Shown here: positions 44,482-54,333 of the stretch, in pieces | Numbering within the stretch: the stretch's first letter is position 1 | Layout: every line of letters begins with the position of its first letter | NCBI GenBank assembly: GCA_031411895.1 | Contig: JANOBZ010000181.1 | Span: forward strand, 2,998-66,997 | DNA length: 64,000 bases | Direction of reading: 5' to 3' | Source: Acidobacteriota bacterium | GTDB lineage: Bacteria > Acidobacteriota > Blastocatellia > Pyrinomonadales > Pyrinomonadaceae | The notes under the pieces: model-generated | Database searches by the model: none | The model's input: only the letters and a program-made list of their open reading frames with translations | Told to the model about the DNA's origin: nothing | Program-made: the position numbers and the translations under genes

Positions 44482-44841
44482 TTACTTTCTTTTCAAAAGT
44501 AAGCCCAAAATCAAGCCGATCGCCGCCGACACGACGATTGCCTGTGCCGGTTTCTGACGCGCGAATTCTTTGGCTTCTTCGATTAATTCCTTCGGCTCTT
44601 TGCTTGAAAGCTCCTTGAATTTATCGCTCGCCTGCGTCAATTTTTCGCTCGCGAAATCTTTCGCTTTGACCGCTGCGTCCTGAAATCTCTGCTGATAATC
44701 CTGTGCCTGCATTTTTACATCTCCTAAATATTCGTCGTTAAACGACTTATTGAAATCTTCTTCCTGCGCACTGACGGGAACGAGACTTTTCTGTTCCAAT
44801 TCCTGTTCCGCTTTTTTTACTTCCTGTTCAAATTCCGACAT
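44482..44841 (-). CDS. DUF883 (ElaB/YqjD-like) tail-anchored protein
   Basis: Start at ATG 44841 after GGAGAAAAAAATA; C-terminal KPAQAIVVSAAIGLILGLLLKRK anchor. Confidence 0.7.
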   Translation of the reverse strand: MSEFEQEVKKAEQELEQKSLVPVSAQEEDFNKSFNDEYLGDVKMQAQDYQQRFQDAAVKAKDFASEKLTQASDKFKELSSKEPKELIEEAKEFARQKPAQAIVVSAAIGLILGLLLKRK

Positions 44842-44946
44842 ATTTTTTTCTCCTTTTGTTCCAAAAATCAACCAGGATAAAACACATCTGGTTTCGGGTT
44901 TTGATGCCGCCCGGTTATGAAAAGTTGATACGAAATTTAATTGCCG

Positions 44947-45005
44947 CAAGTTCTTGTAATTTTTTTCACAAAGAACTTGACAGATTATTTCCGGTTTGCG
45001 AAAAT
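44947..45005 (+). promoter_or_regulatory. Candidate promoter plus TetR operator for the efflux operon
   Basis: Inverted repeat CAAGTTCTT (44947-44955) / AAGAACTTG (44971-44979) overlapping TTGACA (44977-44982); 17-nt spacer; GAAAAT (45000-45005). Confidence 0.35.
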
Positions 45006-45050
45006 CATCTGGTTAGTAAGCACTCACTTATATTACTGAAAGGAGCGAAT

Positions 45051-45686
45051 TTGGATAAATTTTTTGGAACAACAAATACGCGGATGCCGGGTGACGAGCG
45101 CCGCGAACAGCTTTGCCGGATAGCGATGCGCCTTTTCTCCGAGCGCGGTTTTCGCGGCACGACGACCAAAGAGATCGCGAACGCGGCGGGCGTTTCGGAA
45201 GCGGTTATCTTCAAACATTTCTCAAACAAGGACGAGCTTTACGCTTCGATTCTCGACAACAAGGCGTGCAGTCATCCGATGAGCGACCCATTTTCGGAAA
45301 TCGCCGACCGGATCGAACAAAAGGACGATTTCGGCGTGTTTTACGGAATGGCGCTCAACGCGCTCGATCATCACAAAGAGGATGCCGATTTTCTGCGTTT
45401 GATGCTTCATTCGGCGCTCGAAGGACATGAGCTGGCGCGGGTGTTTTTTGAAAATTTTATTACGTATATTTACGATTTTTTGGGCGGTTATATTCGCCAG
45501 CGGCAGGAAGACGGCGCGTTTCGCGATGTCGAGCCGCGCGTCGTGGTCAGAGCATTTATCGGAATGTTCGTTCACCATTCGCTGAACAATATTCTGTGGG
45601 ATAAAGAACAGAAATTATTAAAGATTTCGAACGAGGATGCGGCGCGCGAATTTGCGACGATCTTGCTTGACGGAATCAAAAAGTAA
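45051..45686 (+). CDS. TetR/AcrR family transcriptional regulator
   Basis: HTH region FSERGFRGTTTKEIANAAGVSEAVIFKHF; TTG 45051 sits 5 nt after AAGGAG (ATG 45084 is an alternative start). Confidence 0.8.
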   Translation: MDKFFGTTNTRMPGDERREQLCRIAMRLFSERGFRGTTTKEIANAAGVSEAVIFKHFSNKDELYASILDNKACSHPMSDPFSEIADRIEQKDDFGVFYGMALNALDHHKEDADFLRLMLHSALEGHELARVFFENFITYIYDFLGGYIRQRQEDGAFRDVEPRVVVRAFIGMFVHHSLNNILWDKEQKLLKISNEDAAREFATILLDGIKK

Positions 45687-45724
45687 AAAGGCGAAAGTAA
45701 AAAGTAAAAATTTATAAAAATTAT

Positions 45725-47062
45725 ATGCAGTCATTCAAGTTCATATTTTTTGCCGTAACCGCGATCGGACTGTCGCTGTTTCTGGCAGGGTGCGGCGGCT
45801 CGAAGGCGCAGGTCAACGTAAACGTTAACAGCGCGCAGAAACCGAATGTCGAGGTGACGAGCACGCAGGCGGTCGTCCGTCAGATTCCGACGTATTTCGA
45901 AGCGACCGGCAATCTGGCGAGCGACGCGCAGACGGACGTTGCGCCGACGGTCGGCGGAAAGATCGTCGAGGTTAATTTCGACGTCGGAAGCTATGTTAAT
46001 AAAGGCGACGTTCTGATCCGGCTCGACGCGCGCGACGCGCAAATCCGTTTAGAGCAGGCGCAGGCGCAGGTCGAACAGCAGCGCCGCGCGGTTCAACAGG
46101 CGGAAGCGGCGGTCGAACAGGCGATCGCCGCTTTGCGCCAAACGCAGGTTCGCTTAGGCATTACGGACGGCGAAACTTTTAATATCGCCGATTTTTCGCA
46201 GGTTAAAACGATTCGCGCACAGCTCGACTTAGCCGAAAGAGAACTCGCGCGGACAACGCGTTTGCTTGAAACGGGCGACGTTTCGCGGGCGATCTACGAC
46301 CAGCGAAAATCGCAGCGCGACGCGCTTTTAGGGCAACTCGACGAAGCGCGTTCGAACGCGGCGGTCGCGATTAAAGCGATCGATACGTCGCGCGCGGCGG
46401 TCAATACGGCGCGCGCGAACGTTTCACAGGCGCGCGCGGCGGTCGCAACCGTCGAAACGCAGGTTGATCAGGCGCGAAAAGCCATTACCGATACGATCGT
46501 TTACGCGCCGATCAGCGGTTATATCGCGGAAAGAAATTCGGATTTGGGCGAATATATTACGCCGAACACGCCTAATTCAAAGGTCGCGACGATCGTCCGC
46601 ACGGCGGTTCTGCGTTTGCGGATCGACGTTCCCGAACAATCGATCGGCAAAGTTTCGGTCGGTCAGGGCATCTCGGCGCAGGTTTCGGCTTATCCGGATC
46701 GCAATTTTGCGGGCACGATCGTCAGAATTCTGCCGAGTTTGAATACGACTTCGCGGACTTTGACGGTCGAAGCGGAAGTCGAAAACGTCAACGGATTGTT
46801 AAAGCCCGGACAGTTTGCGACCGTCCGCATCACGCAGTCGAATCCGGTTGCGGCGGTCATGGTTCCGACCTCGGCGGTGCGCACCGAAGGCGATATTCAC
46901 AAGGTTTTCGTCGTTAAGGACGGCGTTGCCAATGAACGGCTCGTGCAGCTCGGTTTTCTCGAAAACGATATGATCGAGGTCAAACAAGGCATTCAGGAAG
47001 GCGAAGTAGTTGCGACAAGCAATTTGGACAAATTAGGCGACGGAGTGATCGTCATTCAGTAA
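45725..47062 (+). CDS. Efflux RND transporter periplasmic adaptor (MFP)
   Basis: Lipoprotein-like LAGCGG, coiled-coil hairpin (Q/A/R-rich), I.AP.SG.I motif. Confidence 0.9.
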   Translation: MQSFKFIFFAVTAIGLSLFLAGCGGSKAQVNVNVNSAQKPNVEVTSTQAVVRQIPTYFEATGNLASDAQTDVAPTVGGKIVEVNFDVGSYVNKGDVLIRLDARDAQIRLEQAQAQVEQQRRAVQQAEAAVEQAIAALRQTQVRLGITDGETFNIADFSQVKTIRAQLDLAERELARTTRLLETGDVSRAIYDQRKSQRDALLGQLDEARSNAAVAIKAIDTSRAAVNTARANVSQARAAVATVETQVDQARKAITDTIVYAPISGYIAERNSDLGEYITPNTPNSKVATIVRTAVLRLRIDVPEQSIGKVSVGQGISAQVSAYPDRNFAGTIVRILPSLNTTSRTLTVEAEVENVNGLLKPGQFATVRITQSNPVAAVMVPTSAVRTEGDIHKVFVVKDGVANERLVQLGFLENDMIEVKQGIQEGEVVATSNLDKLGDGVIVIQ

Positions 47063-47065
47063 TTT

Positions 47066-47142
47066 TTCGGTTTTGGGTTTTCGGTTTTAGGTTTTTGATT
47101 TAACAAAAGCCAAAGACCAAAGCCCCAAAACCAAACCGAAGG
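47066..47142. repeat. Tandem-unit hairpin element (GGTTTTG heptamer family) between MFP and RND genes
   Basis: TTCGGTTTTGGGTTTTCGGTTTTAGGTTTTTG - loop - CCAAAGACCAAAGCCCCAAAACCAAACCGAAGG; ATG 47149 follows after 6 nt. Confidence 0.9.
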
Positions 47143-47148
47143 TTTTAT

Positions 47149-50100
47149 ATGCAATGGTTAGCAGAAGTTTGTGTTAAGCGTCCGGTTTTTGCGACGATGC
47201 TGATTTTGTCGCTGGTCACGGTCGGAGCGTTCTCGTTTTTTAGTTTAGGCGTTGATCTTTTTCCGAAAATCGACTTTCCGACAATTACCGTGACGATCGT
47301 CAATCCCGGCGCTTCGCCGCAGGAAGTTGAAACGGAAATCACGGAAAAGGTCGAAGAGGCGGTGAACACCGTGAGCGGGATCGATGAATTGCGCTCGACC
47401 TCGATCGAAGGAGTTTCGCAGGTTTTTGTCCAGTTCGTACTGGAAAAAGACGTTAACGTCGCCGCGCAGGAAGTTGAAAACCGCGTCCAGACGGTAATTC
47501 CGAATCTGCCCGAAACCGCCAAACAGCCGACCGTGCAGAAGCTCGACACGGACGCCGCGCCGGTTATGCGCATCGTCGTCTCGGCGCCGACAAATTTGCG
47601 CGAAGTGACGGAAGTTGCGAAAACTCGTATTAAGGAACGTATCGAATCGGTCAACGGCGTCGGTCAGATTTCGATCATCGGCGGACGAGAACGGCAGATC
47701 AACGTCTGGGTCGACCCGGACAAAATGCGTTCCTACAACATTACGCCGGTCGAAGTAACGACCGCTCTGCGTTTGCAGAACATCGAATTTCCGAGCGGCA
47801 GATTGGACGAAGGACAAAAAGAAACCAGCGTTCGAACGCTCGGTAAAATCCGGAAGCCGGAAGAATTCGCCAACATCGTCGTTGCGACGCGCGGCGACTA
47901 CGAGGTCAAGGTCAAGGATTTGGGCTACGTCGAGGACGGCGCGGAAGAGCTTCGTTCGCAGGCGCTTCTGAACGGTCAACCCGCCGTTACGCTGATTGTT
48001 TCCAAACAATCCGGACAAAATACGGTCGCGGTCGCCAACGAAGTCAAAGAGCGGCTCAAGGAAATTCAAACGCAGCTCGAAGCCTCGGCGGCGACGAAAG
48101 ATTACCGCGTCCAGATCATCGGCGACAACTCGATCTTTATCGAAAACTCGCTTCACGCGATCGAAGAACACTTGGTCGTCGGCGGATTTCTGGCGGCGGT
48201 CGTCGTGTTCCTGTTTTTATGGAATATCCGCACGACGTTTATCGCCGCGCTCGCGATTCCGACTTCGATTATTTCGACTTTCGCGCTGATGTATGCGATG
48301 GACTACACGCTCAATTCGATTACGATGCTTTCGCTCACACTGATGGTCGGCATCGTGATTGACGACGCGATCGTCGTGCTCGAAAACATTTACCGCTACG
48401 TCGAAGAAAAAGGCATGGACCCGTTTCAGGCGGCGATCGAAGGAACGCGCGAGATCGGTCTCGCCGTGCTCGCGACGACGCTTTCCTTGATGGCGGTTTT
48501 CGTGCCGATCGGCTTTATGCAGGGCATCATCGGGCGATTTATGTCGAGCTTCGGTTTGACGGCTTCGTTTGCCGTCGCCGTCAGCTTGATCGTTTCGTTT
48601 ACATTAACGCCGATGCTTGCGGCGCGCCTGATTAAAAAACCGAAGGGAAAAGCCGATCTGGGCGAAGAAACGGAACCGGTCGGTTCGGGCGAACCGTTAA
48701 AAATCAAAGGCGACGGAATGCTCGAAACGAATTACGAAGAGCCTTTGACGAATCAGCCGAAAGAGGAAAAAGCCGCCGGACATTCGTCGAAAGACAGTTG
48801 GTTTTACAGCAAGATCGACAGCGTTTACACAGGTCTTCTGAAGTTTTCGATGGGTCACCGCTGGCTGATCGTTCTGATCTGCGTGCTCGTTTTCCTGAGC
48901 ATCGTTCCGCTGTTTATGTTCGTCGGCAAGAACTTTCTGCCGGTTGACGATCAATCGCAGTTCGAAGTTTCGGTGCGCGCGCCCGAAGGTTATTCGCTTC
49001 AGGCTTCGACCGTTCTGATGGAACGCATCGCGACCGATCTGCGCAAGATGGAAGGCGTTACCGACACGCTCATCACCGTCGGCGGCGGACAGGCGCAGAT
49101 CGTCAATAACGGTACGATTTACGTAAAGTTGAGCGACGTCAAAGCGCGCCCGCTTTCGCAGGAAGACCTGATGAGCGCCGCGCGCGACGTTTTGAAAAAT
49201 TATCCGCCCGAGTTACGCACCGGCGTTCAGCAAGTTCAGGCATTTTCGGGCGGCGGTTTCCGCAACGCGAACGTCCAGTTTTTGATTTCCGGACCGGATT
49301 TGAAGGTTCTCGAAGAATATTCGGAAAAGATTCTCGCCAAGATGAAGACGATTCCCGACGCGGTTGACGTTGATTCGACATTGATCAGCGGCAAGCCCGA
49401 AGTTCAGCTCGAAATCGATCGCGACACGGCGGCTGATCTCGGCGTTCGCATCGGCGATATTTCGCAGGCTTTGAACACTTTGGTCGCCGGACAGGAAGCG
49501 ACGACCTTTAACGAGGGAACCGAACAGTACGAAGTTCGCGTGCGGGCGATCAATAATTTCCGCTCGGACGTCGAAGGTTTGAAACGAATGGTCGTGCCCT
49601 CAGCCAAAGTCGGTCTCGTCACGCTCGATCGTCTGATCAAAGTCAAGGAAGGCACGGGACCGAGTTCGGTTGACCGCGTTAACCGCCAGCGTCAGGTAAC
49701 GCTTCTGGCAAACACCAAACCCGGCGGTTCGGCGGCAAGCATCACGTCGGCGATTGACGCATACGTCAAGGAATTGAAAATGCCGCTCGGTTATTCGACC
49801 GGCTACGTCGGACAGTCGAAGGAAATGAACAAAGCGGGTTTTTATTTTCTGCTCGCGATCATGCTGTCGTTCATCTTTATGTATATCGTGCTCGCGGCGC
49901 AGTTCGAATCGTTTATTCACCCGGTCACGATTTTGCTGACGCTGCCGCTTTCGATTCCGTTCGGTATCTTGAGTTTGCTGATTACCGGTCAGACCGTGAA
50001 CATCTTTTCGGGACTCGGACTGCTTTTATTGTTCGGCGTCGTCAAGAAAAACGCGATTCTCCAGATTGACCATACGAACGGGCTTCGGGAACGCGGAATG

Positions 50101-50430
50101 AATCGCTACGACGCGATTATTCAGGCGAATCGCGATCGTCTTCGTCCGATTTTGATGACGACGATCGCGCTTGTCGCCGGGATGATTCCGCTCGTTATTT
50201 CGACCGGCGCGGGCGCGGGCACGAACCGCTCGATCGGCGTGCTCGTCGTCGGCGGTCAGAGCTTGTGTCTGCTCTTGACGCTTCTCGCGGTGCCGGTGTT
50301 TTACTCGATTTTCGACGACGTCAGCGAGTTTAGACTATTTCGCGGCGTGAGCAATCTCTCGTCGAGAGCGTTCGGCGGTCTGAAACGCAAATTCGCATCG
50401 GCGACAAGCTCGCTGTTTACGAAAAATTAA
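47149..50430 (+). CDS. Efflux RND transporter permease (AcrB/HAE1-like)
   Basis: 1093 aa; RPVFATML...; 12 TM plus two large periplasmic loops; GIVIDDAIVVLENI motif. Confidence 0.95.
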   Translation: MQWLAEVCVKRPVFATMLILSLVTVGAFSFFSLGVDLFPKIDFPTITVTIVNPGASPQEVETEITEKVEEAVNTVSGIDELRSTSIEGVSQVFVQFVLEKDVNVAAQEVENRVQTVIPNLPETAKQPTVQKLDTDAAPVMRIVVSAPTNLREVTEVAKTRIKERIESVNGVGQISIIGGRERQINVWVDPDKMRSYNITPVEVTTALRLQNIEFPSGRLDEGQKETSVRTLGKIRKPEEFANIVVATRGDYEVKVKDLGYVEDGAEELRSQALLNGQPAVTLIVSKQSGQNTVAVANEVKERLKEIQTQLEASAATKDYRVQIIGDNSIFIENSLHAIEEHLVVGGFLAAVVVFLFLWNIRTTFIAALAIPTSIISTFALMYAMDYTLNSITMLSLTLMVGIVIDDAIVVLENIYRYVEEKGMDPFQAAIEGTREIGLAVLATTLSLMAVFVPIGFMQGIIGRFMSSFGLTASFAVAVSLIVSFTLTPMLAARLIKKPKGKADLGEETEPVGSGEPLKIKGDGMLETNYEEPLTNQPKEEKAAGHSSKDSWFYSKIDSVYTGLLKFSMGHRWLIVLICVLVFLSIVPLFMFVGKNFLPVDDQSQFEVSVRAPEGYSLQASTVLMERIATDLRKMEGVTDTLITVGGGQAQIVNNGTIYVKLSDVKARPLSQEDLMSAARDVLKNYPPELRTGVQQVQAFSGGGFRNANVQFLISGPDLKVLEEYSEKILAKMKTIPDAVDVDSTLISGKPEVQLEIDRDTAADLGVRIGDISQALNTLVAGQEATTFNEGTEQYEVRVRAINNFRSDVEGLKRMVVPSAKVGLVTLDRLIKVKEGTGPSSVDRVNRQRQVTLLANTKPGGSAASITSAIDAYVKELKMPLGYSTGYVGQSKEMNKAGFYFLLAIMLSFIFMYIVLAAQFESFIHPVTILLTLPLSIPFGILSLLITGQTVNIFSGLGLLLLFGVVKKNAILQIDHTNGLRERGMNRYDAIIQANRDRLRPILMTTIALVAGMIPLVISTGAGAGTNRSIGVLVVGGQSLCLLLTLLAVPVFYSIFDDVSEFRLFRGVSNLSSRAFGGLKRKFASATSSLFTKN

Positions 50431-50435
50431 AGTTA

Positions 50436-50515
50436 TTCGATTTGGGATTTCGGAGTTCGGATTAAAATTCGAGCAAAGACAAATCCGCAATCCCAAATCG
50501 AAAATCCGAAATCGA
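50436..50515. repeat. Tandem-unit hairpin element (GATTTCG / CGAAATC family)
   Basis: TTCGATTTGGGATTTCGGAGTTCGGATT - loop - AATCCGCAATCCCAAATCGAAAATCCGAAATCGA, then ATGATG start of CDS 50516. Confidence 0.9.
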
Positions 50516-50938
50516 ATGATGGCTTTATCGGTAAAAATCGCGCTTCTGGCTTCGGGCTTATTTCTGCTTTCGGGAATGCTGACCGGCATCTGGAAATACG
50601 CACGGATTATGCAGTCTGCCGAACATCAAGCACCGGTTTATGTTGATATCGCGCATCGCGCGTCGTTCTTTTACAGTTTTGCGAGTTTGGTGATCGCCAA
50701 ATTGATCGAGTATTCGCCGTTCAGCAGTTTTCAGCAGATCGTGATTGTCGCCGTGCCAATTTTATATTTTATTTTAACGGTCGCGGGATATATCAGGGAA
50801 GGCTATTTGAACCGCACGGAAAATATGTTTACGGAAAGAAATTTCGTCACGACGTGGTTTATGTACGGTTTGATCGCGGGCGAGATCGGCGGATTTTTAT
50901 TGATTATGGGCGGTTTTATTTATACGCAGTTTTTATAG
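50516..50938 (+). CDS. Four-helix membrane protein, hypothetical
   Basis: ATGATG start is the last part of a repeat array; hydrophobic helices; between RND permease and TolC genes. Confidence 0.55.
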   Translation: MMALSVKIALLASGLFLLSGMLTGIWKYARIMQSAEHQAPVYVDIAHRASFFYSFASLVIAKLIEYSPFSSFQQIVIVAVPILYFILTVAGYIREGYLNRTENMFTERNFVTTWFMYGLIAGEIGGFLLIMGGFIYTQFL

Positions 50939-50943
50939 ACGGT

Positions 50944-51003
50944 CTTCGGTTTTGGGTATTCGGTTTTTGCAAAAACCGAATACCCAAAACCCAAAACCAA
51001 AAT
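50944..51003. repeat. Tandem-unit hairpin element (GGTTTTG family)
   Basis: CTTCGGTTTTGGGTATTCGGTTTTT GC AAAAACCGAATACCCAAAACCCAAAACC. Confidence 0.9.
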
Positions 51004-51012
51004 TCATATTTT

Positions 51013-52857
51013 ATGAAACGGCATTTATATTTATTCATTTTAATTTTAACATTCGCGGCGTTCGGCGAGCTTCGCGCGCAGGACACGACTCCAACTCCGA
51101 CGCCACAGCCGTCGCCGTCGCCGACCGTTCCAAACAACGTTGACGACAAGCAGAACGTTCAGCCGGAAAATCTGAACGGCGTGCCGACGATTGCGCCCGA
51201 TTACCGGCAGGACGACAAATCGCTGCCCGATCTCGGACGCGTCGGCGTTGATATGCTCCAGCAGAAACCGATATCGCTCCGGGAAGCGATCACGCTCGCG
51301 CTCGAAAATAACAAGGATATCGAGGTAACGCGCCAAAACGTGCGGATCGCCGAATTCGAGCTTCAATCGTCGAACGGTTTTTATGAGCCGCGCTTTTCGG
51401 GACAAACTTATTACGAGCGCGCCAAAACTCCGGTTTTCAGCTTTTTCGGCGGCGGCTCCGACGGCTCTTTAACGACTTCGAGTTTTGTCGGCAACGCCGG
51501 TTTGCAAGGCATGATTCGTCAAACAGGCGGAACCTTCAGCGTGCAGGCTGACAGCTCGCGCGGAACGACGAACAATCTTTTTACGACCGTCAACCCGACC
51601 TACACGACGAACCTGCGCTTTCAGTTTACGCAGCCGATTCTTCGCGGGCGAACCTTCGACCAGCCGCGCCGGAACATCGAAATCGCGAAGCGCAATCTGA
51701 GTCTCACGGACACGCAGTTTCGCCAGCGTTCGATCGAAATTATCACGAACGTCCAGCGCGCTTACTGGGATCTGGTTTATTCTTTGCGAAATTTGCAGGT
51801 TCAGCGCGACGGCGTGCGCGACGCCAAACAGCAGCTCGATCATAACCGGCGGCTCGTCGAAGAAGGACAGCTCGCGCCGATTGATATTGTCGCCGCCGAA
51901 ACGCAGGTCGCCAATATCGAGCAATTCGTTTACGAAGCGCTCGAAGCCGTGACGCGCGCCGAAAATTCTTTGAAAAATTTGATCGCCCAGAGCAAAAACG
52001 ATTCGCTCTGGAGCGAGGCGCTCGTGCCGACCGATTCGGTCGATCTCGAAGCGCCGCGCACGACGCTGCCCGAAGCCTTGACGCTCGCGCTCGAAAATCG
52101 CCCGGAAATCGATATCAACGATGTTCAAAGAGACATTAATGCGCTCGAACAGCGGTTTAATCGCGAGCAGACCAAACCGCAGATTGATTTGATCGCCAAT
52201 TATACGCTGACCGGCGCTGCCGGAACGTTTAATCCCAATGCGGTCAATCCGATCGGCGGCAATACGACGCCGACGCTAAATCAGGTAATTGCCAACGTCA
52301 ATATATTGTCGGCGCAAGTCAACCCACCGCTGCCGCCGATTGACCAGATTCCAATTAGTCCGTCGCCGACGCTGCCCGACAATCTGATCGGCGGCGCAGG
52401 CACGGCGTTGGGAAATCTTTTTGCGAATCGTTACCCGACGCTGCGGGTCGGCGTCCAGTTTAATCTGCCGCTTTTCGGCGATAAAACGGCGAAGGCTAAT
52501 CTCGGACGCTCGCTCGTGCAGGGCGAACAGATTCGCACGCAGCGCACGCAGCTCGAACAGAACATACAGGTCGAGGTGCGCAACGCTTTGCAGGCGATTC
52601 GGACGGCGGAAGCGCGACTGCGAAGCGCGGGGATTTCGCGCGAAAATTCGCAGCGCCAGTATGAATCGGAACAGCGCAAACTCGATGCCGGACAAACCGA
52701 CGTTTTCCGGGTTCTCGAACGCCAGACGGCTTTGATTACGGCGCGCAGCAACGAGCTTCGCGCGCAGACCGAACTCAACAAAGCGATCGCCGATTTGCAG
52801 CGCGCGACCGGAAATTCGCTCAAGGCAAACAACGTCGAAGCGCGGCTTAGAAAATAA
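51013..52857 (+). CDS. TolC family outer-membrane efflux protein
   Basis: Start at ATG 51013 (MKRHLYLFILILTFAAFGELRAQ signal); two OEP repeats (LSL.EAI..AL.NN.DI...). Confidence 0.85.
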   Translation: MKRHLYLFILILTFAAFGELRAQDTTPTPTPQPSPSPTVPNNVDDKQNVQPENLNGVPTIAPDYRQDDKSLPDLGRVGVDMLQQKPISLREAITLALENNKDIEVTRQNVRIAEFELQSSNGFYEPRFSGQTYYERAKTPVFSFFGGGSDGSLTTSSFVGNAGLQGMIRQTGGTFSVQADSSRGTTNNLFTTVNPTYTTNLRFQFTQPILRGRTFDQPRRNIEIAKRNLSLTDTQFRQRSIEIITNVQRAYWDLVYSLRNLQVQRDGVRDAKQQLDHNRRLVEEGQLAPIDIVAAETQVANIEQFVYEALEAVTRAENSLKNLIAQSKNDSLWSEALVPTDSVDLEAPRTTLPEALTLALENRPEIDINDVQRDINALEQRFNREQTKPQIDLIANYTLTGAAGTFNPNAVNPIGGNTTPTLNQVIANVNILSAQVNPPLPPIDQIPISPSPTLPDNLIGGAGTALGNLFANRYPTLRVGVQFNLPLFGDKTAKANLGRSLVQGEQIRTQRTQLEQNIQVEVRNALQAIRTAEARLRSAGISRENSQRQYESEQRKLDAGQTDVFRVLERQTALITARSNELRAQTELNKAIADLQRATGNSLKANNVEARLRK

Positions 52858-52874
52858 TCTTCCTTTAATTTGAA

Positions 52875-52945
52875 GCTGCGAAACAGCGCGAAACAACACA
52901 AAAAACCATTCTCAAATTTAGTGTCGTTTCGCGCTTTCGCGCGCT
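52875..52945. repeat. Tandem-unit hairpin element (GCGAAAC family) after TolC gene
   Basis: GCTGCGAAACAGCGCGAAACAACAC - loop - GTGTCGTTTCGCGCTTTCGCGCGC. Confidence 0.85.
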
Positions 52946-53095
52946 TTTGAATTAAATGATATTCAGCCGGCATTTTTTTTCTGTAAAACCCTTTACTTTT
53001 TCCGAAAATTTATTTGCAATTCACCGCAAATTCGTATTATGTTTGCGTCGTAGTTCTGCAGATTTTTAATCTACAACTTTAAAGGAGAGAAGGAA

Positions 53096-53449
53096 ATGTT
53101 AAAAAAATTTGGTGTAAAAATGTTGGTTTTGGCAATGATTGCCTTGATGGCGTCTTCGGACGTAATGGCACAGACGAGAATCCGGTTCGCCCGCGGACGC
53201 ACTTCGACGACGATTTCGGGAACGCTCAGACCGGGCAATTCGGTTCGTTCATATGTTTTGCGGGCGGCAGCCGGTCAGACCTTGACGGCAACGCTCAGTT
53301 CGGGCAACGGCAAGTGTGATTTTACGCAGGGCGAATATGAAGACACGCAGTATTCGCAGGTCATCGAAGACGACGGCGACGTTGTTTTCAGCCTCGACAA
53401 TCACGGCACCCGCGCAACGAACTTTACGCTGACTGTCTCAGTCAGATAA
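53096..53449 (+). CDS. Small secreted protein, hypothetical
   Basis: AAGGAGAGAAGGAA upstream; signal peptide ...SSDVMAQ; beta-rich 90-aa mature part. Confidence 0.55.
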   Translation: MLKKFGVKMLVLAMIALMASSDVMAQTRIRFARGRTSTTISGTLRPGNSVRSYVLRAAAGQTLTATLSSGNGKCDFTQGEYEDTQYSQVIEDDGDVVFSLDNHGTRATNFTLTVSVR

Positions 53450-53456
53450 CACACAA

Positions 53457-54224
53457 TTATATTTCGACTTTTAAGCCGTCCTGCGCCTGAATTACTTCGC
53501 AGGACGGCTTAAATTTTTCGACTTCCGCGCCGAAATCCACGGCGTCCCATTCGGCGTAAAAATGCGTCAGCAGCGCTTTTCGGGGATTCGCATAACGAAT
53601 CAGAAACATCGCTTCTTCGAGTTCGAGATGCTTTTCGACCGATTTATCTTTCACGAACGAACTTTCGAGCACAAATAGATCAGTATTGCGGGCAAACGCG
53701 CCGAGCGTTTTCGTAAAACCCGTATCCGACGAATAAACGATCGTTTCATCGTTTTTATCCCTGATATGAATCGCGAGACTCTCCTGAGTGTGCGGCGTTT
53801 TTAATGTCACGGCGCGCGTTTCGGGCAAAATCTCGAACTCTTCGCCCGCTTCGACTTCACGGATTTCGAGCGGAAACGGCTGTTTGAAAAGTTTGTAATC
53901 GTTCGCTTCGTCAAACGATTTAACGAGTTTTTCGATTCCCTGCGCGCCGAAAATCCGTAAAGGCTTGGTGCGCGACTGCATCTGCGGCGCGTTTCTCGTC
54001 CCGAACAGAAACGGCGCGAGTCCGCCGCAATGATCGAGATGAAAATGCGAAATCCAGATCGAATTTAAATTCGCCCAACCGAGATTTTCCTGCGCCATCC
54101 GGTGAATCGCCGACGCCGCAAAATCCATCAAAATCGTGCCCGACGAAGTTTCGAGCCAGTAAGCCGAACTGCTTCTCTCCGGGTGCGGAACCGCCGAACC
54201 TGAACCTAAAACTGTAAGTTTCAT
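53457..54224 (-). CDS. MBL-fold metallo-hydrolase (RNase Z/ElaC-like)
   Basis: MKLTVLGSGSAVP..., ISHFHLDHCGGL motif; start at ATG 54224. Confidence 0.85.
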   Translation of the reverse strand: MKLTVLGSGSAVPHPERSSSAYWLETSSGTILMDFAASAIHRMAQENLGWANLNSIWISHFHLDHCGGLAPFLFGTRNAPQMQSRTKPLRIFGAQGIEKLVKSFDEANDYKLFKQPFPLEIREVEAGEEFEILPETRAVTLKTPHTQESLAIHIRDKNDETIVYSSDTGFTKTLGAFARNTDLFVLESSFVKDKSVEKHLELEEAMFLIRYANPRKALLTHFYAEWDAVDFGAEVEKFKPSCEVIQAQDGLKVEI

Positions 54225-54236
54225 AAACAAATTTTA

Positions 54237-54306
54237 GCCACGAATGACGCGAATTGCACGAATAGCCGGAAAAAATAATTCGTGAGATTCGTGTCATTCG
54301 TGGCTG
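54237..54306. repeat. Tandem-unit hairpin element (AGCC-CACGAAT family) between divergent genes
   Basis: AGCCACGAATGACGCGAATTGCACGAAT - loop - ATTCGTGAGATTCGTGTCATTCGTGGCT. Confidence 0.9.
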
Positions 54307-54333
54307 ATTTCTTACTGTGGTAAATTTGTAACT

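Noticed and set aside
47245-48171. Long alternative-frame or antisense ORFs in the track. Examples: 47245..48171 (-), 60759..61685 (+), 14090..14860 (+), 21951..22688 (-), 51469..52128 (-), 53920..54777 (-), 61763..62464 (-), 32450..33160 (+), 12475..13035 (+).
   Set aside because: Each lies entirely inside, or opposite, a gene with clear family motifs. Their translations are Arg/Ser/Phe-rich low-complexity strings, typical of shadow frames in NCG-rich coding DNA.
54237-54306. Interpreting all hairpin elements simply as rho-independent terminators.
   Set aside because: Many lack a U tract. Some sit between divergent promoters (54237) or inside reading frames (11107, 17027, 41819). Genuine terminators with U tracts are present separately (19466, 26226, 28921, 35512, 36351).
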